64,000 bases of DNA from Octopus vulgaris (GCA_951406725.2 OX597821.1:100192001-100256000), one strand, 5' to 3'. Counted from the first letter of the stretch, positions 1 to 13,370 are shown. Translations and numbers: made by a program. Notes: a model not told the origin generated them from the letters alone.

Positions 1-65
<65 letters not shown>

Positions 66-71
66 TATACA

Positions 72-232
<161 letters not shown>

Positions 233-291
233 CATATATATATATACACATATATATAAGCACATGCACACACACACGCACATACATATAA

Positions 292-366
292 AAGAGTCAA
301 TAAACTTCCGTTTCCCCATGTTGCTTTTAAGCTTTCACTTCACATACATACATATATAAATATATA

Positions 367-425
<59 letters not shown>

Positions 426-528
426 GTTTGCATATGTGTGTGTGTGTCTACGTATGTATTGATATATGTATGTGTGTGAGGCGAAAGCTTAAAAGCAAGA
501 TGGAGGTAAAGGAAGATTATTGGCTCTT
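292..528. repeat. Imperfect fold-back (inverted repeat) centred on a (CA)n/(TA)n/(TG)n tract
   Basis: aagagtcaataaacttccgtttccccatgttgcttttaagctttcacttcaca (292-345) is the approximate reverse complement of tgtgaggcgaaagcttaaaagcaagatggaggtaaaggaagattattggctctt (475-528). The inner tacgta and (CA)n/(TG)n tracts also pair. Confidence 0.8.
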
Positions 529-854
529 CCAGAAATAAAGGAAACTGAATGCAAAGTATTATGTAATGATATTACCGCGTACGCCAAAAATATTCACAAA
601 ATTTAAATAGTAGTAAATTGACCACACATACACACATACATAATCATGCACACATAGCCATACATGCATACATACATACATACATACATACATACATACA
701 TACATGCATACATATCCAAACCTCTTTACCAAATAAAGCTTATACGCTGATATTCACAACAGATTTATATGCTGTATACGCAGTCATATGATGGCACATT
801 TTGAGATTCTTCCGTTTCATTAGAACCTGTCGCTATTCTTTTTAATACAACCAC

Positions 855-906
<52 letters not shown>

Positions 907-1381
907 GTGTGCATGAATGCATCTATGTATACATGCATGTATGTATATATCTATGTATGTATGTATGTATGTATGTATGTATGTATGTATGTATGTATAT
1001 ATGTTAGAAATGAATGCTTAATAGTTATTCCCATTTACTGTAATACGTTGAAAGTATCCTCTTTGCGTGACAATACGCTCTCAGGCAAATGAGATAACAA
1101 TACATAATAATGAATCCTGCAGTTTCATATTCTTGAAGTTTCCTACAAAGAAATCGCAAAATTTTCGTTGACAAAAATACAAGTAAGCCGATAGATTCAA
1201 AATTATGTTCTTTTGTCATTTATGTTTTTGGGTTTTTTTGTTTTTAGTTTTGCTATGGAATAACTTTCGTATCTAATTGAGAATTTAGGAGAAATTTAAA
1301 TAAAGCCTTGTTAGGGTGACATGGCTTATTTTAAGGAAAATATATTACTGAATATGCGGAGATTTGGAGAAAAATCTTTTG

Positions 1382-1435
<54 letters not shown>

Positions 1436-1828
1436 TTGTGATGCGTGTTGAATTGACAACTATAGATTCGAGAAGTTTCCCCGTCAGTTTTTGACAAATG
1501 ATTCGGGAAAAGGATAAGTATATGTAGAAATATGAACCTCGAGTTATAGAAATCACTAATTCCGAAAAATAAATAAATAAATAAAAATAAGCAAAACAAA
1601 TATAATGAAATGAAATACGAGAATACAAAATTTCTGCGTTTTTCTTCTGTTATTACAAACTTTGGATGGAATTTCTCTTTTGCTAAGCTGAATAATCTTC
1701 CAATAATGCCGGTCTATTTTCTTTCGTAAAAGGTTATATGAATTCTATCATTCTTTATATATACGATAAGGAGCAGTATTTTAGTGTTCCACATTTTTTG
1801 TAAAAGTATGTATGTATGTATGTTTGTA

Positions 1829-1864
<36 letters not shown>

Positions 1865-1989
1865 TGTATGTATGTATGTATGTATGTATGTATGTATGTA
1901 TGTATGTATGCATGTATGTATGTATGTATGCAGGTATGTATATTTTGTCTTATGTATGTCTTCTCATGCATATACTTGCATATCTAGAC

Positions 1990-2377
1990 ATGCTCGTATA
2001 TACTTCTGGAAAGTTTTACAGATTTTTACAGTTCCAGTGATTACTTGGATCTGTAGACTTTACAATCAGCTTTCTCCTTTCTGGTTTTGAGAAGCCTAAT
2101 TTCTCAAGATTAGTATTTAGTCAATGTAGTACATATCCCAGTGCCCCAATAATTACAGGTGTAAACCTGAGCTTGTAATCAGGATAGGGTAGCTGTAGAT
2201 TCCTCAATAGTTCAGCATAGGTATTTTCCTAATAGCTGATCTTTAGCTATATGTTAACATCCGCTGGGCAGCTGATTCCCACAACTGCACATAGTTTCCC
2301 TTCTCCATCCCAAATTACAATGTCAGGTATATTATGTTTACATTTTATTAAGGTTTTCACTGGGACATTTCACCAGT
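1990..2377 (-). mobile_element. Decayed 3' fragment of an RLE-endonuclease non-LTR retrotransposon (R4/Dong-like)
   Basis: Minus-strand conceptual translation with stops: WWNVPVKT..CKHNIPDIVIWD..KLCAVVGISCPADVN...ENTYAELLRNLQLPYPDYKLRFTPVIIGALG. This fits the PD-(D/E)xK RLE motif and the PVIIGALG motif of R4-clade elements. Confidence 0.75.
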
Positions 2378-2465
2378 GCGCCTTTTGTATACTTTTTATA
2401 ATGTATGTATGTATTTGTGCATGTACGTATGTACGTATTCATGGACATATGAATATATTTACGCA

Positions 2466-2898
2466 TGTAGTAAAGAGTGTTTGCCAGCATAACATGGCAG
2501 ACCTTGTTTAGGACTAATGTTGCTGTAATTCAGCCCCAGGGGACATCGTCTCCAGCTGGCTATACGACACGATCTGTGTCCTTATATTTTCGAACGAAGG
2601 AATCTAGCACCCCAACTCAGCTCAAAACAGTATCTGTGTATCGCGATTTCTGGGTTATTTCCCTTCATCAGCACAGAATAATTGCTCGACTTGAAGTGGC
2701 GCTGCCAAATTCTCGTTCGAAATGCATAGTTTTCAAAGTGACAACTAGTCACTGATTTATAAATTAGAAAATGACTATTACATAACACAGATCGTGTCGT
2801 ATAGCTTGCTGTAGAAGATGTCTCATGGGCCTAAATTACAGCAACATTAGTCCTAAACCAGGACTGCCATGTTATGTTGGCAAACAATCTTTACTACA
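2466..2898 (-). mobile_element. Penelope-like terminal-repeat remnant with ~114-bp inverted arms enclosing a hammerhead
   Basis: Arms 2466-2579 and 2785-2898 are imperfect reverse complements. The spacer holds an HHR motif. Confidence 0.7.
2633..2677 (-). ncRNA. Minimal type I hammerhead ribozyme (canonical core)
   Basis: Minus strand: UCUGUG-CUGAUGA-A-GGG aaauaa CCC-A-GAAA-UCGCGA-UA^-CACAGA. 6-bp stem I, palindromic stem III (AUCGCGAU), AUA cleavage triplet. Confidence 0.8.
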
Positions 2899-3039
2899 AA
2901 ATACTGTTGCTGAATATCTCACGTTGTGAGATTTAAAAATTCTATTTATGTATGTACATAAGTATTAATTGATGTTTTTTGTTATGTATTTATGTACATA
3001 TGCATACGTTCTCTTGCAATTTCATGTATTTGAAGTCTT

Positions 3040-3275
3040 CCTGTAAAGAAGGAACTGGTTTCTAACAAACATAAAAAGCTTGATTGTTGGAATGTAGATA
3101 GCAAGAACAATGTCACGTGTTGAACCTGACAAAAGTCATGCATGTTTTGCTCTGTTGATTACAGAATGCTTTTGTAATGGACGTTTTAGCTGGTTGATTT
3201 CTTTCTCTGAAAACCGCAACTTTACCAGATTGTCGCTTCGGCAATAACTCGCAAAACCAAACGCACGAATTATTG
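3040..3275. repeat. Old interspersed repeat; second copy at 6067-6220 plus 7010-7100, split by a SINE
   Basis: Shared blocks aaagaagga, tctaacaa, ttgttggaatgta, aacaatgtca, aaaagtcatg, ttgtaatg, tgaaaacc, ttgtc.ct. Confidence 0.6.
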
Positions 3276-3302
3276 TTAGTATTTTATTCTGTTTTTTTTT
3301 TT

Positions 3303-3620
3303 CTGGTTTCAGTCGTTTGAGTGCGGCCATGCTGGAGTACTGCTTTTAGTCGAACAAATCGACCCCAGGACTTATCGTTTGTAAGACTAGTACTTATTCT
3401 AAGTTGTGGCAACGTAAACACACCGACATCGGCTGTCAAGCGACGGGTTTGTGTGTTTGTGGGGGCGGAGGGGACAAACACAGAAACAAACACACCCACC
3501 CATCCACAATCACACACACATATACAACGGGCTTCTTTCAGTTTCCGTCTACCAAATTCACTCTCAAGGCTCCGGTCGGCCCGAGGCTGTAGTAAAAGAT
3601 ACTTGCTCAATGTGCCACGC
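3303..3620 (-). mobile_element. SINE family A (tRNA-headed, CORE-like), 5'-truncated
   Basis: Matches the full-length copy at 41366-41773 (gcggccatgctggag, cttctttcagtttccgtctacc, ggtcggcccgaggct). Confidence 0.85.
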
Positions 3621-3893
3621 TGGAAAGTTTCGAAGAGGGGAAGGAAGGGGTGGAATTACATCCTGGAAAGTTCCGAGGACCGGGATGAATTACTTCCTGG
3701 AAAGGGAGGAAAGGGAGAAATTACTTGCTGGAATTATTTCATTGAAATTTCCGAGGCGGGGGAGAAATTACTTCCTGGAATGTTCCGAGGTGGGGGAGGA
3801 ATTAGTTCCTGGAAAGTTTGTAGGAGGGAGGAATTATTTCATTAAAAGTTCCAAGGAGGGGAGGAATGGTAGGAATTACCTCTGGAGAGCTCC
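3621..3893 (+). repeat. Purine-rich minisatellite, ~33-bp unit (ctggaaagttccgaggnggggaggaattacttc), about 8 copies
   Basis: Recurring ggaattacttcctggaaagtt motifs. Confidence 0.85.
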
Positions 3894-3967
3894 CAGATAG
3901 GGAGATACATATATATATATATATGTACGTGTCTGTATGTATATATATATAAATATGTATATATATG

Positions 3968-4015
<48 letters not shown>

Positions 4016-4073
4016 TACAAATAACGAAAATACTGTTCGGTTTAACGAAGTTACAAAATTATCTTCATATATT

Positions 4074-4108
<35 letters not shown>

Positions 4109-4157
4109 TCATATATATATGTACGTGTATATATATACATATACATATGTATGTATG

Positions 4158-4199
<42 letters not shown>

Positions 4200-4436
4200 C
4201 ATACATATGTTTGAAATTAATAAATATACATAAATGTAAATGTTTTCCGAAATAAAATGCACTTTAATGTTTGAAGCTCCGATAAGCTATAGGGTGTTAC
4301 TCAGGCACTCAACTATGAAAGTTTTGTATTTTATGACCTAAACATATGTAAGCTAAAGAAATTCTTCATATATTTCCTGTCACGCCTGTTTCTTATACAT
4401 ATACACCTACATACTTACATACACACACACATGACC

Positions 4437-4488
<52 letters not shown>

Positions 4489-5092
4489 ATTATGCACGTT
4501 TTATTGGCTTACAGTGGAAGCCCTAACGCCGTTTTCTCTCTAATTTACTGGTGGAAGAGGGACATAGATCCAAAACGTTTATATCTTTCCCTCGTCACAA
4601 CAAATGACTTCCCCGAGCCTGTTATCCTAACCTATAGACTAATCTTTATCGATGGTGATCTTTGACTGTTTTCTCTGATTATTGATGCTACTCTATATAT
4701 GTTATATCACTCATATGTTTAGGCACAGTTGTTTAGCTGCAGTTGCTATATTTCTGTATAGGTTTTTCCTCCTTCAATGTTCATGCATTGACAGCATTCT
4801 CAATCAGCTGCTATTAACGTGTGTTTGTGTTCTCTACATAAACGCAGCTCAGTCAACATTTCCTGTTACATTTCAAAAGATTGAACATTTTCGTTTCGTT
4901 TATTCCCTTTCGTCCAGGCTTTATTTCGGAGTTAGCTACCTCCCGATTCATTACAGCGAAGCTGTGCCATTTTAAAACTACAGCAATGCTTCTACGTATG
5001 AGCAACTTTGCGCGGTGTGTACACAAATCAGAGGTTCTTATGCACACATACACAAATACATACATACATACATACATACATACATACATACG

Positions 5093-5159
<67 letters not shown>

Positions 5160-5260
5160 ACACAAACAGACAAACACACATACATATATAACATACAAGT
5201 AAGTCCACCTGGTTGCACATACATGCATACACACATACACACATGCACACATGTGTGTAC

Positions 5261-5354
<94 letters not shown>

Positions 5355-6229
5355 ATTACGAGATAACCAAGTCCTTCTGCATGTGAACATATATACGAAC
5401 AATAAATCTTGTATCTGGCATTGATGTTTCAACACTAAGTTTTCCTTCTGGAGAGAAATAAAAGGTTTTTTTTTTCCTTACGACATTTAATAAGGAAGTT
5501 ACCGTGTTACCATTAAGAGGCTTACGCAAATAAACTTCGTCACATTACAACATGCTATACATTATAACATTGCTAAAGTATCTTACACGAGATCTTTACA
5601 TAACACTGGGTTTTCAATGGAATTAAACGATGCATTGTTACTTTTCGCTTTTAAGTCTGTTTTATAGAGCCGTGTCGAGATTATTCGATTCTAAGATTAC
5701 ATGACGTGTTGTTGAAACGTAAAATCTGTTATTTTTGATTTAATTAGAAAATATCCCAAACAGCAAATTATCGAACAAATACACAATTTTTATTGACTAC
5801 CTTTACTTTCAATTATTTCTCTTATTTTTTCTTTCTTCCATTTCCGTCGTGTTTATTTGGTTTCGTTCGTTTCCTGTATTTTCGCTTCTATTAAATTTTT
5901 TATTTTCTTCCAACTCATTGCTATTTTCTGTATTTTCATACAGGTATGTATGTGTGTGCATGTATGTATGTATGTATGTATGTATGTATGTATGTATGTA
6001 TGTATGTATGTATGTATGTATGTATGTATTTATATTTTCTACAGTTTTTTAATTATTTGATACGCTATTGCAAAGAAGGAGCAAAGCTTTGTCTAACAAG
6101 GAGACAAAGCTCCCTTGTTGGAATGTAAACAATAAAAACAATGTCATATGCTGAATTTCAGAAAAGTCATGTGTTTTTACTGTCTCTCGAGCATTTTGTA
6201 TTTGTAATGTGCGTGTTTTTCTTTTATTC

Positions 6230-6426
6230 TTTTATTCTTTCATTCTTTTATTTGTTTCAATCGTTTAGCTGCGAACAAATCGACCTCAGAACTTATTTTC
6301 TAAAGCCTGGTACCTATTCTATCGGTCTCTTTCTGTCGAATTGAAGGGGACGCAGATACCAACACCGGTTGTCAAACGGTGATGGAGTGACAAACAGACA
6401 CATAGACACACATACACACACATAAA

Positions 6427-6506
<80 letters not shown>

Positions 6507-7007
6507 CACACACGAGCGGGGCGTTTATAGTCAGGAACGCACACGTGCTAACGTAGTGGAATATTTTAGAAATAGATGTTAAATGCTGTTTTCAACTGAT
6601 AATCGCAAAGCATGTTTGTCGTGCAAAGCGTGAAATCAATTGGCATTGAAATATATATTATTTATCTATGTATGCAAAGCAAGGGTAAACCTATTTTTGG
6701 AATGTTCATTGCGTTGCTCGTGTGTATTGCTATCGTAATTTTTATGGTGGTTTTTAAAGCATTGGCTCTGATTCTAGCAAGTGGCATTGTATACCCTACC
6801 GAATCTGAAATTACATATACGTATATATATATATATATATATATACGACGGGCTTCTTTTAGTTTCCGTCAACCCAATCCACTGACAAGGCTTTGGTGGG
6901 CCCGAGGCTATGGTAGAGGACACTTGCCCAAGGTGCCACGCAGTGGGACTGAACCCGGAAACCACGTGGTTGGGGAGCAAGCTTCTTACTACACAGCCAC
7001 GCCTGGG
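6230..7007 (-). mobile_element. SINE family A with a ~315-bp foreign insert (6512-6826) in its internal microsatellite
   Basis: The 3' part (6230-6420) and the 5' part (6845-7007) match family A. The intervening sequence does not. Confidence 0.8.
6591..6650 (+). ncRNA. Degenerate hammerhead motif (probably inactive)
   Basis: UUCAA-CUGAUAA-ucgc aaa gcaug..cgugc aaa gcgu-GAAA-UCAAUUGG-CA-UUGAA. Stems I-III are intact, but G8>A and U16.1>C. Confidence 0.5.
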
Positions 7008-7436
7008 CCTGTTAGTGGACTTTTTGTTTTTTTGTGAAAACCTTAGCTTTTCCAATTTGTCACTCAGGGATTTACAAATATAACCAAGTGCTCCGATTAT
7101 TATTTTATCTTTTGTTTCAGTCATTAGACTACGACCATGCTGGGATACCCTCTATCTCTTTGATTTTCGAAGACCTATACACATGAGTAGGGCAGCTAAA
7201 CTTTATGACCGTACGTTATTTCTCAGGTCTGCTCCAAACACCAATCACTGGTGTGTTTGTTATGTTTGCAGTTGATAGAGGTTTGATGGGAATGCTATAT
7301 CGATATTTCTGGTGTTGATGATTATATGATATCTTCAATACCAGGAGTATTCCCTATATTTATCCCAAGGTAGTCTTTTTTTAGGAAGGCAGCACCTTGA
7401 GGACATTTTGGGGGTAGCTGCTAATCAGATGTGTGT

Positions 7437-7438
<2 letters not shown>

Positions 7439-7532
<94 letters not shown>

Positions 7533-7585
7533 AAAAGAGAGAGAGAGAGAAAGAAAGAGTGAGAGAGATATATAGAGAGAGACAA
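7439..7585. repeat. (GA)n microsatellite
   Basis: Direct reading. Confidence 0.95.
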
Positions 7586-7941
7586 AGAACTTGTTAAATA
7601 TTTCTTATTCCTCTTCTCTTGTGCTTTACTGCTCCTTCCTACATAGCTTTCTTTCGCCATTTTTTTTTCTTTGTTCTCTTAACTTTTCTAATTTCATACA
7701 ATTTTTTCTCTTTCTTTCCTTCATTGTATTTCCATTATATTTGCTTCTCACAATGTATTATTCCTTCGTAAATGAATGCTACACCTCTCTTTCCGTTGGA
7801 AAACATTCGATTCCAAGGAACTCTTTCATTTCTGTTTTGTTACCAATTCTTTATCAAACGTTTTCTTTTCCACTTAGAACTCCTTTCCAAAACATAAACC
7901 TACACAAAATTTATATTAGATATTTGTGTATACATACATGC

Positions 7942-8035
<94 letters not shown>

Positions 8036-8177
8036 GCACGTAGGTATATACATACATATATATGAATGTATGTATATACATGCATATATCTATATCTATC
8101 TATATATATATATATGTATGTGTGTTTGTGCGTATATATACACACATGCACACACACACATATATATTCTATATATA

Positions 8178-8211
<34 letters not shown>

Positions 8212-9202
8212 TGTAAAATAATAGAAATAATAAATAATACATATACATACATATATAAATACGTACACACACACACACATCAGTCATATTACCAGAAATA
8301 ATAAGTATTTGTTATTTAGTTTTATATATTGATATTTTATTTAATTTTCGGCTCCAGGAAACTTTTTGTGTAGATATTGTTCCTCTCCTTCTATTGTAGC
8401 ATATGAAAGTATAACTGGGTTTGATATAACGAAACACAAAATCGCCAAAAAAATATTTTCAAACTTTCAAACATTTAAATATTGATTTTTCGAAAAAATA
8501 ATGATACTATAAATATTAAGTAAGCATTGTACTCTCAAAAATGGGCCTGTCATGTTTCCGTTCATGATACACGTCTTGTATGGTGTGGAATAAAATTATC
8601 CTTGAACAGACTTTATGAAAGAGTAGTTAAGGTATTGTTGGCATATATAATACTGAGAGTATTAAAAGCCGACTAGTGATAATTATACTGCGCGAAAACA
8701 GAAATAATACTACTATATTCTTTTATTCTTTCAATCGTTTATTCTTTGTTTGTTTCAGTCTGAAAGGAGAAGTCGCTCTCCAGTGACGAAATACAAGTGA
8801 TATAGCATACTCAGGTTCGAATATGCCGGAATATGGTAAACATGAATATGAATGTCATCGCTTTGAATCTTGCTGTTTACCGTGCTTATGAAGATTTATG
8901 AGTGTTTCAAATATATAGTACTCATTGGCAAATAAATATTTTGCTGAATTTATAAACAAGAGCCACAAAATCTTGTTAGATTCATGAGATTTATGTAGCT
9001 GCTTCGTCATGAGGAGACACAGCGATATCGATGCAGCGGGTGCCCCTGCTAAGGAATCGAGTGTTATGAACACACACTCATCTGGAAGTAGAAGTTTTTC
9101 AATGACGAAATACCACAACGATTAGCATTAGCGTATTCACGTTCGAATATCCCGGAATGCATTACGAATGAATATGCAAGTCATCGTTCCGGTCCTCATT
9201 GT

Positions 9203-9578
9203 CCTTTCTATTATAGGCACAAGGCCTGCAATTTTTGGGGGAAGAGACCAGGCGATTAGATCGACCCCAGTACACAACTGGTACTTAATTTATCGACCCT
9301 GAAAGGATGAAAGGCAAAGTCGACCTCGGCTGAATTTGAACTCAGAACGTAGCAACAGACGAAATGCCTATTTCTTTACTACCCACAAGGGGCTAAACAC
9401 AGAGAGGACAAACAATGATTGACAAACGGATTAAGTCGATTATATCGACCCCAGTGCGTAACTGGTTCTTATTTAATCGACCCCGAAAGGATGAAAGGCA
9501 AAGTCGACCTCGGCGGAATTTGAACTCCCCGCTAAGCATTTCGCCCGGCGCGCTAACGATTCTGCCAGCTCGCCACCT
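9203..9578 (-). mobile_element. Dimeric SINE family B with 19-bp TSD
   Basis: Two tandem monomers carry gaggtcgactttgcctttcatcctttc(g/a)gggtcgat. The TSD tcgttccggtcctcattgt lies at 9184-9202 and 9579-9597. Confidence 0.9.
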
Positions 9579-11412
9579 TCGTTCCGGTCCTCATTGTGCA
9601 GCGTGCATATGGCGATTTACTATATTAACAACGAACATTACAAAATGCTGGTATATCAGTATTTATTCCACAGGTATAAACAACTTTACACATGACTTTA
9701 TATACTTATATATTGGTTATTTTCTATTTCAACGATATTAAGTAGTAAGCATTGTTACATATTTTTCTAAGTCTATTTGCCTATTGAAATGCCAAAACAA
9801 TGCTTAGATCAGTATTTATTCCCCAGAGTATAACAAACTTTACACGTAACTTTATATTTAGGATTATAAAAGCTAGCTGCATTATAATCTTAAGACTTTT
9901 ATCTCGCGTCCTGCAGAAGATTATTATTTTTTTTTTATGATGTACTTTTATTCAATATTTCATTTATCTGTATATAGTTGCATGTTCACCTTCCTGATAT
10001 CTTCATAAACAAATAAAGATTGTCGGGAGCTTAACAGCGACAAAATATTTCTAGAATATTTCTTGAATATCACGTGTGTTTCATCTAAAAAAAAAAAAAA
10101 TCAAGCGCCGTGTTAAATAATTCAGTGATGAATGAATAATATAATGTATAAGAAAAATATGTTTCGTTCCGAGACCCCAAGTTGTCCTAAACATTGTGGT
10201 TGGTCGCTAGGATGCACTTGTGCTGTCCAAGCAGAATCTCTGACTGATCATTAACCCGTGTTATCACAGATCAATTCGGGATATGTGTAACTTGTGCCGC
10301 AATTAGCGTACCGTGTTATTCTAGATCAGTGACGAATGAATTATTGTTAAACGAGGATAGTTTTACAGTTTTCAAATACCCTGATGCCTCACAAAATTTA
10401 TAACTTCCAAGTTGTAAGCCATTTGGTACAACAAAATCTGAATAAGTACAGTTATTAGATAACCTATTCTTTATATTTTAAGACGATCGAGAGTGAGTTG
10501 AGTAAGACTTGGCTGCTACTTCTAGCAGAATAATTGATGACGTAGTGAAACAGTGGTCTTCCCTCGTTGTTATGTTGGTCTTTTTATTTTATAAAAAACC
10601 CTAATTATTTGTTGATTAGAACGTTTTACTTAGTACGCACACCCACGAAGTCTTAAATCACCGATAATTGTGACGCTGTTGTTTAATCCAAGGTCAGCTC
10701 AAATCGAGTAAATTTCACGATGAAAGGCAATCCATCAGTTTTCTTCCAACCTTCCTTTCTTCCCTAAGGACAGAATATCCCATAACGCCAGAGGGGTAGA
10801 TGTAGCAAGTGGGCTTTCCCGCAGCCTTGAGAGTCTTGCGTGGGGATGCAGTCGGTAACTGTCTCCAGCATCTATTGTGTTGCCAAAACTTGAAGTAAGA
10901 TTCGAATTTCTGACCGAACTTAGGAAGATGTCACCGTATTGGTGGTAAATGTTATAACATTACTATTATGTTTCTATCGTTCTCAATGATGAGTGAAAGC
11001 TTATGATACATTGTTAGAGAAGCCTTCTTGATATGTTTAAAATTTGGTTTAATAATACTGCTCTATAATAGGTGAGAATCTGTAACAGATAAAGCATAAA
11101 CCAACAAAAAGTATATTTTTCATTGACAGCTCTGCATTAGGAAACTAAATAAAAGAACATTCCTTGTCATTATTTCTGTTAAATGATTGAATTAGCCGGC
11201 ATTATGTGAATTAGCGAAAATCTGCAGTCTATTATTAATCCGGATGTATTCTTACGAACTATGCAAATCTATCATTAAAACTACACTCACAGATAGACGT
11301 ACAGAAACATGTATGTATGTATGTATGTATGTATGTATGTATGTATGTATGTATGTATGTATGCATGTATGCATGTACATATACATACATACATAAATAC
11401 AATATATATATA

Positions 11413-11453
<41 letters not shown>

Positions 11454-11472
11454 TATTTTTTTATTTTATCTA

Positions 11473-11511
11473 GTTTCAGCTCACGAGCTGTGGCCATGCT
11501 GGGGCACCGCC
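11473..11511 (-). mobile_element. Isolated 3' stem-loop tip of a CR1/L2-like LINE inside (TA)n
   Basis: Minus strand ggcggtgccccagcatggccacagctcgtgagctgaaac matches the LINE tail at 22217-22255. Confidence 0.7.
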
Positions 11512-12651
11512 ATTATATATATATATATATATTACTGAAGCTTTCCATGAATGAGCGATTAAGAATTTTAGAATTAGTGATGTCATTTTCTTGCGAAAAG
11601 TTACAGATTTTAAAAATTATTATTATTCAGTTATATAATTGTTTTAAATACTCACTGATTTTAAATATAAATGAATTTTCATTTAAGATTCCATTTAAAT
11701 GCTGTCTTGCCGAAATAAATCACATTGTTTTTTGTTTTTTTCTTTCTCTGTTTTATCACTCGCAGAAATTTCGCATCGTGTTTATTGTGTCAGAAGGTCG
11801 TTCAGAAGCCAGAGAAATAGCAACAGTTATGCTTATATTATTCGCGTTTTGGTATAAAGGACATTTGCAATGTTTTTTTCTTTTTAATTACCTGAAGGGT
11901 ATTTTGAGTGAGCAGAGCAAATACGATTCTTTTCAAAGCCATAGCAGCAATATATGTTGATGAGCGAAGTCTATTATTTTTTATTTTATATTTAAAGTCG
12001 ACGATTCTTTACAACGTCTGGCTCCAAAAGAATCAGTTAAAAAGTTATTGATTGTGGTATTCCTGTACTATTTTATATAAAAGTATTTCCTCACGGTAAG
12101 ACAATCTAATAGCATTTTGAGGTGCTATATTAGGTATCGAAGTTGATCGGTTCTTTAATCACGCATGTTTATTGATATTCCTCTCTCTGACGTCATACCA
12201 TGTTTTCTTGCCGTCTGTTTATTGTTATCAAAATTGTGGTTTTATATGTTACTTAATTTTATTGTCATACTGTGTATTGCCGCACAAAACGTTTAGTGGC
12301 ATTTTTATGTCTTTACGTTCTGCTTTCGAATTCCATCAAGTTCTACTTTGTCTTTCATCCTTTCCAGGCTGATAAAATAGGAACCAGCCAAATATTAGGG
12401 TCAATGTGATTGACTAGTCCACTCCCCACACATCTCAGTAGAAAATATTATTATTTTGTGTATTAAGATCGCTAAGACCAAGAGGGACTTTCCATTTTCT
12501 CATACATTCACGATATACTTTGTATTACACATTGCTAGACACATCTTGTATCATAGATATTTCTCCTACTCGTTTGTTTCATGTTTTGGAAAAAGCGCAG
12601 CATAAGCAATGGTGGAATTTGGCTCTGTACCCAAATATACCAACATATTAC

Positions 12652-13340
12652 GGATATTTAGCTTTTGACCGACAGATTTAAAAAATATTTTTTTGTAACT
12701 AAACACTTTTAAACTTCCTATACTTGTAGAATGTGTCACATAAAACATCTTTTACTCTTGGCGTTATTGAGAAAATTCTGTATTTTGGAAGTTATTTCTT
12801 GTTGAAGATGTCGTATTTCGGTAATTTCAACTAATCAATGATGTGTATTCATCTGAATAAAATTACTGCCGTTGTTTGTCAACAACTATCGGAGGTATAT
12901 ATTTCGTTTGTCACTGTTATTTATGACATCGTTCGTGCGTTTGTACTGGTTTTAGCTTTAAGGTTTTAGGATTAAGGTTAGGGTTTTAGGGTTAGGGTGT
13001 TAGGGTTAGGATTTTAGGGTTAGGGTTAGGGTTACAGTTAAGGTTTTAGGGTTACGGTTGTCATAAATAACAGCGACAAACGATATATACACCGCCAGAA
13101 GTTCTTGTTGACAAACAACAGCAGTAATTTTATTCAGCTGAATACACGTCATTGATTGGTTGAAATTACCGAATTGCGACAACTTTAACGTGAAATAACT
13201 TTCTAAATATAAGCTTTTCTCAAAAACGCCAAGAGTAAAACATGTTATATATGACACATTCTACCAGAGTCCGAAGTTTGAAAGTATTTAGTTACAAAAA
13301 ATTATGTTTTAAAATCTGTCGGTCAAAAGGTAAAGATCTC
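12652..13340. mobile_element. Foldback/MITE-like element with ~280-bp inverted arms and a telomere-like (TTAGGG/TTTTAGG) centre
   Basis: Arm 12652-12928 is the approximate reverse complement of 13059-13340. The centre 12947-13058 consists of ggttagggttttagggttaggg-type repeats. Confidence 0.85.
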
Positions 13341-13370
13341 ATAATACTACTCAATATTTTGCAATAGTCC

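Noticed and set aside
3621-3893. Regularly spaced repeats resembling a CRISPR array
   Set aside because: Contiguous degenerate minisatellite without unique spacers or cas genes, in eukaryotic DNA.
3284-3900. Recurring ORFs with RRASFSFRLPN / GLLSVSVYQIHSQGFGRPEA peptides
   Set aside because: Chance frames of SINE family A, not a protein family.
4545-4585. ctggtgg...gga catag atcc aaaacgtt, HHR-like
   Set aside because: Too many core mismatches and no stem I.
12947-13058. TTAGGG-like repeats as a true telomere or fusion scar
   Set aside because: Short, degenerate, single orientation, and enclosed by the arms of a foldback element.
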